Shown in pieces: positions 36,008-49,143 of a stretch of DNA of 51,895 nt. Source of the stretch: Octopus bimaculoides (lineage: Eukaryota); assembly GCF_001194135.2 (NCBI RefSeq), contig NC_068997.1, positions 22,622,841 to 22,674,735 of the forward strand, read 5' to 3'. Position 1 is the stretch's first letter. Every line of letters starts with the position of its first letter. The translations under genes and the position numbers were made by a program. The notes under the pieces were generated by a model. That model was not told the DNA's origin. It did not search any database and saw only the letters and a list, made by a program, of their open reading frames with translations.

Positions 36008-36217
36008 TTTCTACTAAAGGCACAAACCTGAAATTTGGGGCAGGGGAGTAATCGATTACATCGACCCCAGTATTTCACTGGTACTTAATTTATCGACGAT
36101 GAAAGGATGAAAGGCAAAGTCGACCTCGGCGGATTTAAACCCAGAACGTATCGAGGGGGCAAAATACCGCTAAGCAATTCGTCAAGCGCGCTAACGATTC
36201 TGCTAGCTCGCCACCTT
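36008..36217 (-). mobile_element. SINE family A, full length
   Basis: Reverse reads aaggtggcgagctagcagaatcgttagcg...gaggtcgactttgcctttcatcc...gtgcctttagtag. Confidence 0.92.
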
Positions 36218-36277
36218 CATTAATTATAATATTAATGATGATTTTAAATTTTGGCAAAAGGGCCATNNNNNNNNNNG

Positions 36278-36372
36278 AATCTGTTGGACCGTCCTGCTAA
36301 CGATTCTGCTAGTTTGCTCGCTAATCGCCTTGTCCGCTCCCCCAAAATTTCAGGCTTCGTACCTATAACAGA

Positions 36373-36430
<58 letters not shown>

Positions 36431-36561
36431 ATCATCATCATCATTATTATTATTATTAAATTAGTACCATTTGAAACTGGGGCCGATGTAATCGACTTGC
36501 CGCTTTGCCCGAACTTGCTAGGCTTTTGCTACTATTTGAAACCATTATTATATTAGAAATT

Positions 36562-36602
<41 letters not shown>

Positions 36603-36800
36603 TATTATTATTATTAATATTATTGTTATTATTATTATCATTATTATTACGAATGGTTCTTTACTTCATCGACCTAGTATTTCATCGATTCCAAAGGATA
36701 AAAAGCGAAGTTCACAGTGGCGACTATTAAGTTCAAGCTGAAGTACCGTATTCAAATACCACAAAGAATTTTGTTCGGCGTTCTAACGACTTTGCCAAAC
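36278..36800. mobile_element. Cluster of family A fragments (about 36278-36370, 36458-36550 +, 36650-36800 -) separated by (ATT)/(ATC)n
   Basis: gctaacgattctgctag; gtacc...ctggggccgatgtaatcgact; ctaacgactttgcc. Confidence 0.65.
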
Positions 36801-36926
36801 CAATGCGTTTATAAAAACAACAACAACAATAATTATAAAGTATATATGAATATAAATATATCGACGCATATATGTGTATCTATCTATATAACTATACATA
36901 TATATATATATATATATCTATATCTA

Positions 36927-37021
<95 letters not shown>

Positions 37022-37955
37022 ATATATTGTATTCGTTTTTATGTCCTGTACCCATATGTGCAAGTATGTATACATATAGATGAAGGTATATACATATATG
37101 TATGGATATATGCATATATTTTTATATTATTTATATATATTTATATTTATATTAAAGTGTTAGAGACATATGCTTCCTTGAACCGTGATACAGCATCTAA
37201 ATAACGTTAATGTTTACTGAAAACTAAATACAGAAAAAAATAATACATGAAATGCGATAGTACAATGATATTTTGAAGCGAAATCAATCTTTGCTTTAAA
37301 GACAGAAGTTAATTTGTTTAAATGAAAACATCGATTTCGGCGGTCTTTTATGTGAATAATAATGCAGATAAGGAAAGTGAAAAAATAAATAAATAACTGA
37401 TGAGGTATTTAATACGTATAGAAGGATTTAAGGGAGATAAGCTTTGCTGCATGGACAGCGAAGACAAGATGGCGCTAAAAGATATCGGAGCGATAAGTTG
37501 ATTTAGAGTAACTATGAAAATTTCAATAATTAGCGTATTTTAAAAGGTGTCGTGCCATGAGATAAAAGGAATATATGGGGCTAGATAGTCATGCCATTAT
37601 CTTCAACAAAAATATTTTAAAATAATGATATATACATCAATATTGAGTGAAGATGTTATAATCTAGTTGTTAGGGGCGAAGATTTGCGAGATGGTTTTTA
37701 GTTGGCTGGGAAAATAGCAGTTAACTGATAGGTCTTTTCTTACTTTCTTTCTTCTTTTTTTCTAAGTGTATTCAGTAAGTGAAGTTGGAGCATGTTTCCA
37801 TCCACAGAAAGCTAGTCGAGTTCATACAATCTCGAAAACACACACTTAAACACTCATACATATATCACACGCATACACTAATGGTAACGAGATTTTATAT
37901 ATACATTCGTGCGAGATTACGTGTTTCTCTGTCTGTCGTTTTTCTCTTATAGAAG

Positions 37956-38004
<49 letters not shown>

Positions 38005-38316
38005 GANNNNNNNNNNNNNNNNNNNNNNNNNNNNNNNNNNNNNNNNNNNNNNNNNNNNNNNNNNNNNNNNNNNNNNNNNNNNNNNNNNNNNNNNNNNNNN
38101 NNNNNNNNNNNNNNNNNNNNNNNNNNNNNNNNNNNNNNNNNNNNNNNNNNNNNNNNNNNNNNNNNNNNNNNNNNNNNNNNNNNNNNNNNNNNNNNNNNNN
38201 NNNNNNNNNNNNNNNNNNNNNNNNNNNNNNNNNNNNNNNNNNNNNNNNNNNNNNNNNNNNNNNNNNNNNNNNNNNNNNNNNNNNNNCTTATATTAATTAT
38301 TAATACTAAACATTCA

Positions 38317-38356
<40 letters not shown>

Positions 38357-38501
38357 AATTTATATATGTATATAATTCATATAAACACTTACATAAGTAG
38401 TATCCCACGACACACTAACACACACAGTTATACATACACACAAGCATGCACACACTATACTTATATGGTTTTGCAGCGTTTCAGCTTAATTTTTGATTAT
38501 A

Positions 38502-39120
38502 CCGTAAATCCTCGAGTATAGTCCGCCCTTGAGTATAATACGCAGGGGATTTTTAGGGGGCTGTACCTCTAAAAAACCTAAACCTTGTGTATAATACGCA
38601 CCCCTTCTCTAACTTGAGTCAATGAGGTCTATATAACGTCCTTTGTTTGTAAACATATATACGGTAGCTTCCTTTATTGTTATTGTATATATAACGTAAT
38701 GCAAACGTGTAGCTTTTTGTGCACTTTGTTAGCAGAAAATAAAGAAATAACAGTAATAACGTCAGTGAAAAATAAATATTAAGTAAATTGCTTTTACATA
38801 TTTATCATTATCAGTTACGAAAGCAAAAGCAAAAACATTTATTCAAATCCTTCAAATTCAACGTCACTTTCAGCATATAAACATGTCAGCATCAATATAG
38901 TGTAAATCTCCGTCATCGTCCGATTCATAGTCAACATCACAAGATTCACTTTCATTTATTTCATCTTTCCATACAACGTCATCCTGAGTACTATCCAGTG
39001 CAGACGATATACAACACTTTTATTTTAATAAATGTTGCTTACTGCAAGTTATGGCTGATTCATTTATGACTTCATTGCTTTCAAGCTTAGCTTGAGGTAT
39101 TTTCGCGCTCGACATCACAA
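38502..39120 (-). mobile_element. pogo-family DNA transposon, internally deleted, with 3' TIR
   Basis: TA|CCGTAaatcctcgagtata end with repeated tataatacgca subterminal motifs. Minus strand from 39019 reads KCCISSALDSTQDDVVW followed by an acidic tail, the pogo KKC.ISN.LDG.EDD..W C-terminal motif. Confidence 0.8.
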
Positions 39121-40872
39121 AATGCGTCTGAATAAACATTGCCGGACAGCAAATAGAGACTCGGCCGTTTCCAGAGTTCTATAATTACGATTGATTGGAA
39201 AATACCTATCCATAAGTGATAAGAAATATATGTCCACGTGCAAGCCTTTCATATGTTTTAACATCTCTTGTATATTTCTTATATATATTTTATTGCTTTA
39301 TATATTTTTCCGTATATTATTTTCACCCTTTATAATTGTGTAACTTATACGCGTGTAGTATATACCTAATGTGTATATGCGTGTATATATACATGTGTAC
39401 GAATGATTGTATATATACGAGTTCAAGACTCTACCTGTTGTACTTGTCTCCTTCCGTCATACATATATGTTTGTATATGTATATGTGTGTGTGTGTATAT
39501 ATATATACATACATTTCTATGTATACATATCTACATATATATGCGTGCGTGGGAGTGTCTGCAGGTGTGTCTCTGTGTCTGTGTATTTAAATGTGTATAT
39601 ATACACACGGATATATATACATACAGGTACATATGTGCGTCTGATGCCATGCATATTCAAATGACCAAATTCACAATAAGAAATGTTGATGGTAACTTTA
39701 TTTCGTATTGCATAGTTTATCCAATGCCACAACATTTGAAAGCACAGCTGTACTAAATTAGGTACACCCCACTCCACCCCACACACATACACTTATATAT
39801 ATATATATATCATGTCATATCCTATCATTTCACAGCGTGAATATGCATGGTTATCCTATAAAACAGAAATATGACGTTTGGTTGGAACTGTGGAGAGAAA
39901 CCAATCTTGTTTGTTATTTTGAATCCTTTGCGTTTTCTTGTTTAAACTGTTCACATTTTGTTTATATTTTATTCCATTTTTTCGGTTTGCCATAATATTT
40001 ATAGCGAATATTTTCCACTTCACAATCTCAAGCTTTCTTTCTTTTCTTTTTTGTTTTGTTTTAGTCGGTAGTCTTTTTTCATATTTCTTTGTCTCGTTAT
40101 TGTTGTTGTTGTTATTCTAGTTGTCGTTATGGGTCAACAAAAGAAAAATTGTTTGAGGCGGATGAGAAAATTGAAATGATATCTGAGCAAAATTGGTTTC
40201 TCTTCGATAAGATCAAAAGAAATCGAGATTGTGTCAGTGGGGCGCCCTGAATCCTTCTATCTGATCAAAACAAGAAACGTTTGAAGACGTAAAAGCAAGC
40301 CAAGCTGAAGTAAGACGTCTAAACACATATTCCTATGACTACAAACTGTGTCAATTCTTCGGAAGAAGACGTTAGACTATGAGTAAGATATATAGGAAGT
40401 AGAGAAGATTGGTCTATTACGTTACCGTTTTACTGTGCTTTGTATGTTTCTAATACATTCTGTAATGTCTGTAATGTTTCTAATATATTCTGTTATGTTC
40501 CATTGTGGTTGTGTGGTTACAGGCTTTTGTATGTTCTATGTTTTCTATACGGTTGTTGCTTTTGTTCTCGTTGTTGTTGTTGTTGTTTAAAATCCAGTTA
40601 GGTTTTGATCGAACTGATATATGACTCAAGGCTTCCGAGCTCGACCATCTCGCTTATTTCCTTCGCAACGTACGCCGATAATCAAGAGGAGTGATTAGAA
40701 GGAAATTGGTTGCTATTTCTAGTGGGTCAGATAAATACGTGACTTGTTGGTTCGCTCGAACAAATTCTTTTTATTTTGCTTTGTATATATGTATAATCAC
40801 ACACACTTACACATGTACCTACGCACGCACACACACAGACATGCACATATGCACACACATACATATATTTAT

Positions 40873-41066
40873 CGTCTTCGAATTTTGGCACAAGGTCAAC
40901 AATTTCGAGAGAAGGAATAAGTTAGTTACATGGACCTCACTGTTCCATTGGCAATTATTTTATCGACCCCTACATGGATGACAGCAAAGTTAGCCTTGGC
41001 GGAATTCGAACTCAGAATGCGTAGACGATTGAAATGTAGCTAACGATTCAGCCAACTCACCGTCTT
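40873..41066 (-). mobile_element. SINE family A
   Basis: ttttggcacaagg...tttatcgacccc...ccttggcggaattcgaactcagaa...ctaacgattcagccaactcaccgtctt. Confidence 0.88.
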
Positions 41067-41866
41067 ATTCATACATGTATCTTAATGTTTATTTAATTGG
41101 GAACTGAAGAATTTCTCAATACTTTTTTGTAGAGTAAATGTTTACAAATCATTTCAATGGGAAAAGTTGACAGTGACTTCGAAGGTTTAGATTACTCCAA
41201 AGTCCGATGGTGGCGTGCAAGTCACTGTTGACCGTGTCCTTATAAAAAATTTACATACAAATACACACACACACACACACACACCCATTGTGAGTATAGA
41301 TTCGTATGCGTGTGTATTAAGTAATAGTTATAAATAATACTAGATCTATCTGTGTGTCCCAGACGTGCTCTCACACGCTGTCACATGAAAGTAATTGGTT
41401 CCATTGACCTCGGTTTTCAATCTACCTTTATGGCGTTCTACATGTTATCACTGTCTCTCTCCATCCATTTCTCTCTCTCTCTCTCTCTCTCTCTTGTTCT
41501 TTCCAACATACATTCTCTCACTTTCTTCATTTTCCATCATGTAACTCTCTTTTTTCTCTCTATTTCCCTTTCTCTCTATCTATCTTCACACTATACGCAG
41601 CTGTCACATGACCTTAATGCACAGACGTGCCAGTCGACTGACCGACCAACCATCCCTTTTCGCTTTCTATGAGACATTCTTCAACCAATCAATCTATACG
41701 TCAACTGATAGCGATCTGTACCCACATTCACGCTATAAAAACAACTGATTTGTTTTAGGATAACGACCAGAAACGATCCAGTTTCCGACACAGCTTTGCG
41801 TCCTCCAAATCTCGCAATTTTCAAGATCATATCAATAGGCAACTGGTTAAGTGTATACTACTATCC

Positions 41867-42030
41867 GTTTCAAATTTTGGCACAATGCCAGTATGTTTCG
41901 AGAGAGAGGATAAGTCGATTAAACTGACCTCAGTGCTCAACTGGTACTAACTTTATCGGCTCCGAAGGATCAAAGGCAAAGCCGACCTTACCGGAATTTG
42001 AACTTTGAATGCAAAGACAGACGGCCACTT
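41867..42030 (-). mobile_element. SINE family A, 3' two-thirds
   Basis: aagtcgatt...aactggtact...aaaggcaaagccgacctt...gaatttgaact. Confidence 0.85.
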
Positions 42031-43075
42031 GCACGTTAATTTCACGAGCAAGCTGTTCCGTTGACCGGAACTACTGGAGCCCTTTTCGTCGCAGCCGAAA
42101 GCCTGCCGGTTATGAAATGTGCGTGCATTAATTTTAGAGTGTTTTATCATTGCATTTGGGAATCGTTTATCTGCAATATTTCCGACTAAGGAACGTATGT
42201 ACTAACGAAAAGGGATTAAAAAAAAAAATAATAATTCTGAAATAAAAATTCTTCGAAGTGCGCACGAAAACATACCGATTCTGAAATAATTTTTCCGTTG
42301 ATCCGATTTGGAAGGCGAAAAGTGATAATAAAGTGAAAGAAAAAAAAAATACCGTTAAATAACAGAATAACAAATTAATGTTTCCAACACTGACAGATCA
42401 AAGGAAAAAATGTACACTGTGTTTGTACAAGAATGAATGCCAGAGAAATTCTTTACTATGCAAATCAAAATAGCATCTACTCTTAGTTGACTAAAAAAAA
42501 AAAACCGTGGTAAAATTCTATCACTAACAGGATCCACTGTCTGCAAGTAATAAAATATTAAAAGAATACAAACGAAGAAATTTGAGACTATGTGAGAAAT
42601 ATATACAGTGAATGGTAATAATGTCGGTGAGATTGTTAGGCAGAAGAAGGTGGTTTAAAAGAGAAAGTAAGAGTTTAAAAGAGGGGAAAATTTAGAGCTA
42701 AATAAAGATGGAATAAGAAATACAAAAGGATGAAGTAAAAGACAAAAAGAAAAAAGGGAGATAAGCTGAAATATAAGGAATTATTGTGAGAGGAAACGAG
42801 TAGAGAGACAGAGACTGTTAGAGACAGAGAAAAAAAACAGCAAGAGAGTTGGAATCAAACAGAAAGATAAAAGGAGATTTCCGTTTTACACAAGCAAATA
42901 GATGGGAAAGTGTTGTTTATGTAAATTTATTGGTTAATAAATATGTAAATGAAGGTTTAAATACGAGATGGAATGAGTGAGAGAAAAGATCCGAAGAGAA
43001 AGAAAATTTTAGCCGCAATGATGAAGGCATAAAGGGAGAGAGTGAGAGAGCTAAAAGGAAGCCAGAAACATATAT

Positions 43076-43079
<4 letters not shown>

Positions 43080-43166
<87 letters not shown>

Positions 43167-43206
43167 TATATATACATATATATATATAGGTAGGTAGGTA
43201 GGTAGG

Positions 43207-43256
<50 letters not shown>

Positions 43257-43376
43257 GATAGATAGATGTTAACCAAATACAAAAGCGAAGTATATACGTG
43301 TATTTGTATGAGTGTGTGTGTGTGTGTATGTGTGCGTGCACATGCACATACATATAATATATACATGTATGTATTC

Positions 43377-43410
<34 letters not shown>
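43080..43410. repeat. Compound (CA)n/(TAGG)n/(GATA)n/(TA)n microsatellite
   Basis: Direct reading. Confidence 0.95.
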
Positions 43411-43859
43411 NNNNNNNNNNNNNNNNNNNNNNNNNNNNNNNNNNNNNNNNNNNNNNNNNNNNNNNNNNNNNNNNNNNNNNNNNNNNNNNNNNNNNNNNNN
43501 NNNNNNNNNNNNNNNNNNNNNNNNNNNNNNNNNNNNNNNNNNNNNNNNNNNNNNNNNNNNNNNNNNNNNNNNNNNNNNNNNNNNNNNNNNNNNNNNNNNN
43601 NNNNNNNNNNNNNNNNNNNNNNNNNNNNNNNNNNNNNNNNNNNNNNNNNNNNNNNNNNNNNNNNNNNNNNNNNNNNNNNNNNNNNNNNNNNNNNNNNNNN
43701 NNNNNNNNNNNNNNNNNNNNNNNNNNNNNNNNNNNNNNNNNNNNNNNNNNNNNNNNNNNATATGTAAACTCGTACATAAAAATGTATGCATATATATTAT
43801 TTATATATATGTAAATATCTCTATATAAATCGCTATATAAATATATGCATATGTGAATT

Positions 43860-43893
<34 letters not shown>

Positions 43894-44823
43894 ACTGAGA
43901 CATAAAGAAAAGCCAGATGAACTGCGGTATTCGTCCTGAGAAAAAAATCACTTACATACGCATTGTGATTTAATAGCACAAGAATATATCAGTAACGGAC
44001 GAAAATCATTCAGCAAACGTGGTGATTTTGCTTGGTCGCTAGCAAGTAGCTTCTGGTAGCTGAATTGCTTGACAAAATCTTTTGTTACTGTTATAGGAAA
44101 ACACTGATTATAAAATCACTGATGCCGCAATTAGCCTGCCAACAGGATAAGAATTTGCTATGTGGAATATCTGTCTGTGTATCATACTTAATTTGTAGAC
44201 ACTACGAAGAGCCAAATTAGCTGGTCAAAAGGGATAAACATCGTTCTGTTGAACATCTATTAATGTTATATCGCCTGATGAAATGAATCCATGATGATAA
44301 TTAATCCGATGCCCACGGATACTACGGACTACATTGTATTCATCCTAGGAATACGGACTGTGATCTTAAGAGACGTGATCTCTGGAAACACGCGTAACGA
44401 TGCATTAAATGTTTATAAAATCCATTCAAGGATTATTGTAATTATTACTATGTTTATCCTACATTATATCGATACAACTGAATGCAACTCCCAAATAGAA
44501 TAGGATCTTTATTTGCATGTTCAAAATGTTGCCCATAAACAAATTTAGAAGATATGTATGTGTGTATGCGTGTGTGCGTGTGTATTCTGTATATTTCTCA
44601 TTTTGTCCTGTTCTGGTGTTTTGCGAATTTTTTACTGTAGAACATTATTTTTCCTTGTGGATGGTTCGTTCATGACCTCTTTCTATCATATTGGATGTCC
44701 ACTTAGTGGTTATCCCTTATACACGTGTAATACATTTTTTTCTGAATGTTCAGATTTTTTTTTATATGCTAGGCCACTTGGTTTTAAATTCAATTAATAT
44801 TCAGTTTATCAATCAATCAATCA

Positions 44824-44865
<42 letters not shown>

Positions 44866-46774
44866 AAGACAGAAAACCAACCAATCTATTACAGTCTGAT
44901 AAAGTCTGTCATACCGGCCATGATGAAATACCACAAGGTATAGAAAATACGTATTCGCCTTTATATATTTGCCTTTATATATTTAATCCTTTATATTGAA
45001 CACTCAATATTTCATCTATTCAATAAGACATATTCCATATATTCAATATCCCACATTGGTTTTGCAGGAATATAAATAAAACATAAAAAACAGACAGTGT
45101 TGGAACTCTTTTAAACAAAATAATATATATATATATNNNNNNNNNNNNNNNNNNNNNNNNNNNNNNNNNNNNNNNNNNNNNNNNNNNNNNNNNNNNNNNN
45201 NNNNNNNNNNNNNNNNNNNNNNNNNNNNNNNNNNNNNNNNNNNNNNNNNNNNNNNNNNNNNNNNNNNNNNNNNNNNNNNNNNNNNNNNNNNNNNNNNNNN
45301 NNNNNNNNNNNNNNNNNNNNNNNNNNNNNNNNNNNNNNNNNNNNNNNNNNNNNNNNNNNNNNNNNNNNNNNNNNNNNNNNNNNNNNNNNNNNNNNNNNNN
45401 NNNNNNNNNNNNNNNNNNNNNNNNNNNNNNNNNNNNNNNNNNNNNNNNNNNNNNNNNNNNNNNNNNNNNNNNNNNNNNNNNNNNNAATTTGGTTCCTGTT
45501 TTTTGCTGGTTGAGCGACCACATATCGGTGATACCGTTGGCATCTTACATACATTAGTTAAGCACATAGACGCCATGATTAATGAACGTAAGTTCGTTAA
45601 AAATCCGTCTCCGTGAATTTGATCAGTGAATGTACTTTTATAAATCTTGACAATAGATATTTCCTGACAAGAGTGATTATAGCTTTGTTCAGTCAAGAAC
45701 GAAGAGTAACAAAACAACAACAACAACAAAACGAACGCCGACAACAACAAAGAACAAGAACAGAAGCCGCATTTAATGTGTATACATTAGTAAATATAAT
45801 GTCAATCGATCTATTTACATACTAAATAAATATCCTTGAGCAATCAACAGAAATGAGAAAAAAAAATCGAAATTCACTGTCACGAAGATTAAACAAAATC
45901 GATTAATTCTCACCGTTATAAGTGATACTGATCAATAGCAATGGTATCGATATGCTAATGAATAGAAGAGGTTTAGAAATTTATTTAGCAAAACGTAATC
46001 GTGGTCTATGTCAACAGAAATATTTTGTTGAACATTATATGTTTCATGTATCCTGTTATGTTAAAATATCACCCCACCCGCGCATGCACACGCATACATA
46101 CACGCGACTCACATATTTATACATACACACACATACGCACAAAATTCATATTTGTCCATATACATACATACTTCGACTCAGACATGATTATATGTTCAGG
46201 TGCTGTGTTGTGTTCTTTAATATATATATATATGGGGAAAGTAAGAAGAAAAAAAGCGAAAATGCACATTGTATATAAAAGAATTAAAGGCTTTTTTTAT
46301 GAAAAATAACGATAAATATATACAGTTAGATAAACTGAGGTAGAATTAAGAGGAATAAATGTCATTATTTTGAATTGTTGAAGGGATTCAAAGTTATAGT
46401 GGTTTCGTCAATTGCTGTTCACTAGCTTTGAATGCCCACCGATTACCAAACGGTGTCGAGTCTAGTAGTCCCTGAGTAAAAAGATTATATGCAAGGGAGG
46501 AAAGTAGTTCTAGGAGTGGTGCAATTAGGGTAGATGTAGTATTGTAATATGAATGGTGTATGGAATGTATAGGAATTAGTGGTATTAGTGGTAAGGTTAG
46601 TAGTGTTCTATATTATGTGATGTGTTGATGTTGAGTTGTGGATGATATTTATTGAAGTAAGTCGCTTCTTTATTCATTCTTTGCTGAACTGAGGTATTCT
46701 GTGAATATTGATAGGTTTGTGAATGCATAGAAAAGTGTGCTAGGAAACTTAGTCCTAAATTCCAAATTCTCCCT

Positions 46775-46880
46775 TTTCGAGGTCGATAAAATAAGTACCA
46801 GTTACGCACTGGGGTATTCGGCTTAATCACTTCCCCCAAAATTTGAGGCCTTGTGTTTCCAGTGGAAAGGATTATCTCCA
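46775..46880 (+). mobile_element. SINE family A, 3' half
   Basis: gaggtcgataaaataagtaccagttacgcactgggg...aaaatttgaggccttgtg. Confidence 0.88.
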
Positions 46881-47123
46881 TATCTGCTGACCTGGATTCT
46901 CTTTTAGTAACTCTTTACCCCGCGGACTTAGTTTTCGGAGTGTAAGTTCGAATCATTTTAACGATACGATGTGTTTTTCATATTGAGCATCTCTGGCTCT
47001 CATCTGTTGACTATATGTATGTGTGTGTGTATATACATAAGTATATGTACATACATATACATATATATACATACATATGTATGTACGCGTGTCTGTGTGT
47101 GTGTTAGCGTGCGTGCGTATGCC

Positions 47124-47170
<47 letters not shown>

Positions 47171-47239
47171 GCGTGTGTATCATGCATCCTTTTCTAGTTA
47201 TCTTCTTTGCTCAATGCTGGTTTCATTAGTATTCACAAG

Positions 47240-47680
47240 TTCGTTGAAGGCCGTGTCACGTGACATTCGTGACAGTGCAGCCATCTTCTCAATACTAATC
47301 TGTAAAACCATTATTATTATCAGCATCATCACCACCATCATCATCGCCATCATCATCACCACCATCATCATCATCATCATCATCATCATTTCTATTTGTT
47401 GTACTGACTTCGCTTAGTTTTTCATACGATTTTATTTCATTTATTCTTTTTACGTTCTAAATACTTCAAGAACCGCCATCTCTTTTCTCAGAATATTACA
47501 CGAGAGGGAGTAGAGATAAGGTTTTTCACTGGCGAATGAGACATAAACGTTAGCAAGCAAAAAAAAAAATCTTGGAAAGATTAACTATATTTATTTAACG
47601 GGTAAGTATGGGTTTTATGAGTCTAGCTCTACCTTTTACAAGTCGCTTACGATGTTTGGTGAACGGGGTGAGTCGAGATA
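47240..47680 (+). promoter_or_regulatory. Possible promoter and first non-coding exon
   Basis: Palindromic E-box tGTCACGTGACa (47254-47265), YY1-like gccatctt (47280-47287) and ccgccatc (47473-47480), and two strong donors ACGG|gtaagt (47602) and CGGG|gtgagt (47668). Confidence 0.3.
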
Positions 47681-48320
47681 TTTTCTTTAATGTGTTTGTA
47701 GATATTAGGGATTTTGGTGCTTCTGGAACACAGTATTTTTGGACTTGGCTTTTGACTTCCATTAAGTAGATGTTGTGCAAATGTGGGTGTTTATTCTTGT
47801 ATGCACGTATGTGTGTGTGTGTTCGTATGACTACAAGTACTGTGCTTATATATGCATTTGTGTGTGTCTATGTAATTCCAAAGTGAGGATCATTTGTTGG
47901 TAACAAAAATTATCTGTATTTTTTTACCACATATATGCACATGGGTTTGTGTATGTGTGTATGTATTTATGTATATATGTATGTATCTGTAGCTATGTGT
48001 GTATGTATCTATGTATGTATGGTTGTGTGTGACTCTGTGCATGTATGCGTAAAATGTAGACATCTATAAACTATATAAACATACATATATAAATATATAT
48101 ACGTGCGTGTGTGTGTATACAAATGTGTGTGTGTGTGTGTATGTGTGTAATTATAAGATCCAAGAATCTAAGTGTAGGAAGTTTGTAAGCTTCGAGCAGG
48201 CCGTGGTAGGTATAAAACATAACGTCTAGGAACACTAATAATCTATTGGCGTCGAAGGTTGTAGGCTTTTCTCAAACCGAAGTTCGAAATATATCTATAT
48301 AAATATATATTCTATTATTC

Positions 48321-48493
48321 TTTTATTTGTTTCAGGCATTTGTCTGCGGCCATGCTGGAGCACCGCCTTTAGTCGAACAGCTCGACCCCTGGACTAATTC
48401 TTTGTTCGCCTAGTATTTTTTCTATCGGTCTCTTTTGTCGGACCGCTAAGTTACGAGAACGTAAACACACCAGCATTGGTTGTAATGCGATGG
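48321..48493 (-). mobile_element. SINE family B, 3' half
   Basis: Reverse complement of the 48838-49016 segment, roughly 80% identical by eye. Confidence 0.9.
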
Positions 48494-48505
48494 TAATGCG
48501 AATAT

Positions 48506-49016
48506 AGGTGCAGGAATGGCTGTCTGGTAAGAAACTTGTTTCCTAACTACAGGGTGCTGAGTTCAGTCCCACTGTATGGTACCTTCAGTAAGTATCTTCT
48601 ACTATACTTTCGGGCCAGCGAAAACTTTGTGAGTGGATTTGGTAGACGGAAACTGAAAGAATATATGTGTGTATGTGTGTGTGTGTGTGGGTGTATGTAT
48701 GTGTGTGTGTGTGTGTGTCTGTGCGTGTTTGTGTGTCTGTGCGTGTTTGTGTGTCTGTGTGTGTGTCTGTGTCTGGGTCTGTGTCTGTGTCTGTATCTGT
48801 GTGTGTCTGTGTGTTTGCATGTATGTGTTTGTTCCCCCAAACATCGCTTGACAGCCGATGCTGGGGTGTTGTTTACGTCCCCGTAACCTAGCGGTTCGGC
48901 AAAAGAGCCCGATAAAATAAGCGTTAGACTAACAAAGAATTAGCCCTGGGGCCGATTTTCTCGACTAAAGGCAGTGCTCCAGCATGGCCGCAGTCAAATG
49001 ACTGAAACGAATAAAA
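48506..49016 (+). mobile_element. Full-length SINE family B with internal (TG)-rich microsatellite (about 48665-48835)
   Basis: tRNA-like head ggtgcaggaatggctgtctggtaag...gttcagtccc, CORE-like accttcagtaagtatcttct, and 3' module ending gcagtcaaatgactgaaac. Confidence 0.93.
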
Positions 49017-49063
49017 TATTAAAAGTTGAGCATATATATATACACGTGTCTGTATGCGTTTGT

Positions 49064-49143
<80 letters not shown>

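Noticed and set aside
13534-37774. Plus-strand micro-exon-like signal pairs (13534-13543, 37767-37774; also near 34824 and 46913)
   Set aside because: There is no coherent peptide or other support. They are recorded as evidence that such patterns occur by chance, which limits confidence in the minus-strand candidates.
41170-41228. 10-bp inverted repeat acagtgactt/aagtcactgt
   Set aside because: Several stems of this length and spacing are expected by chance in a window this size.
39834-46471. Additional minus-strand short-exon candidates (46447-46471, about 45915-45928, 42529-42540, 39834-39855)
   Set aside because: They have splice-like signals but no phase-consistent, recognisable extension of the sushi-like peptide.
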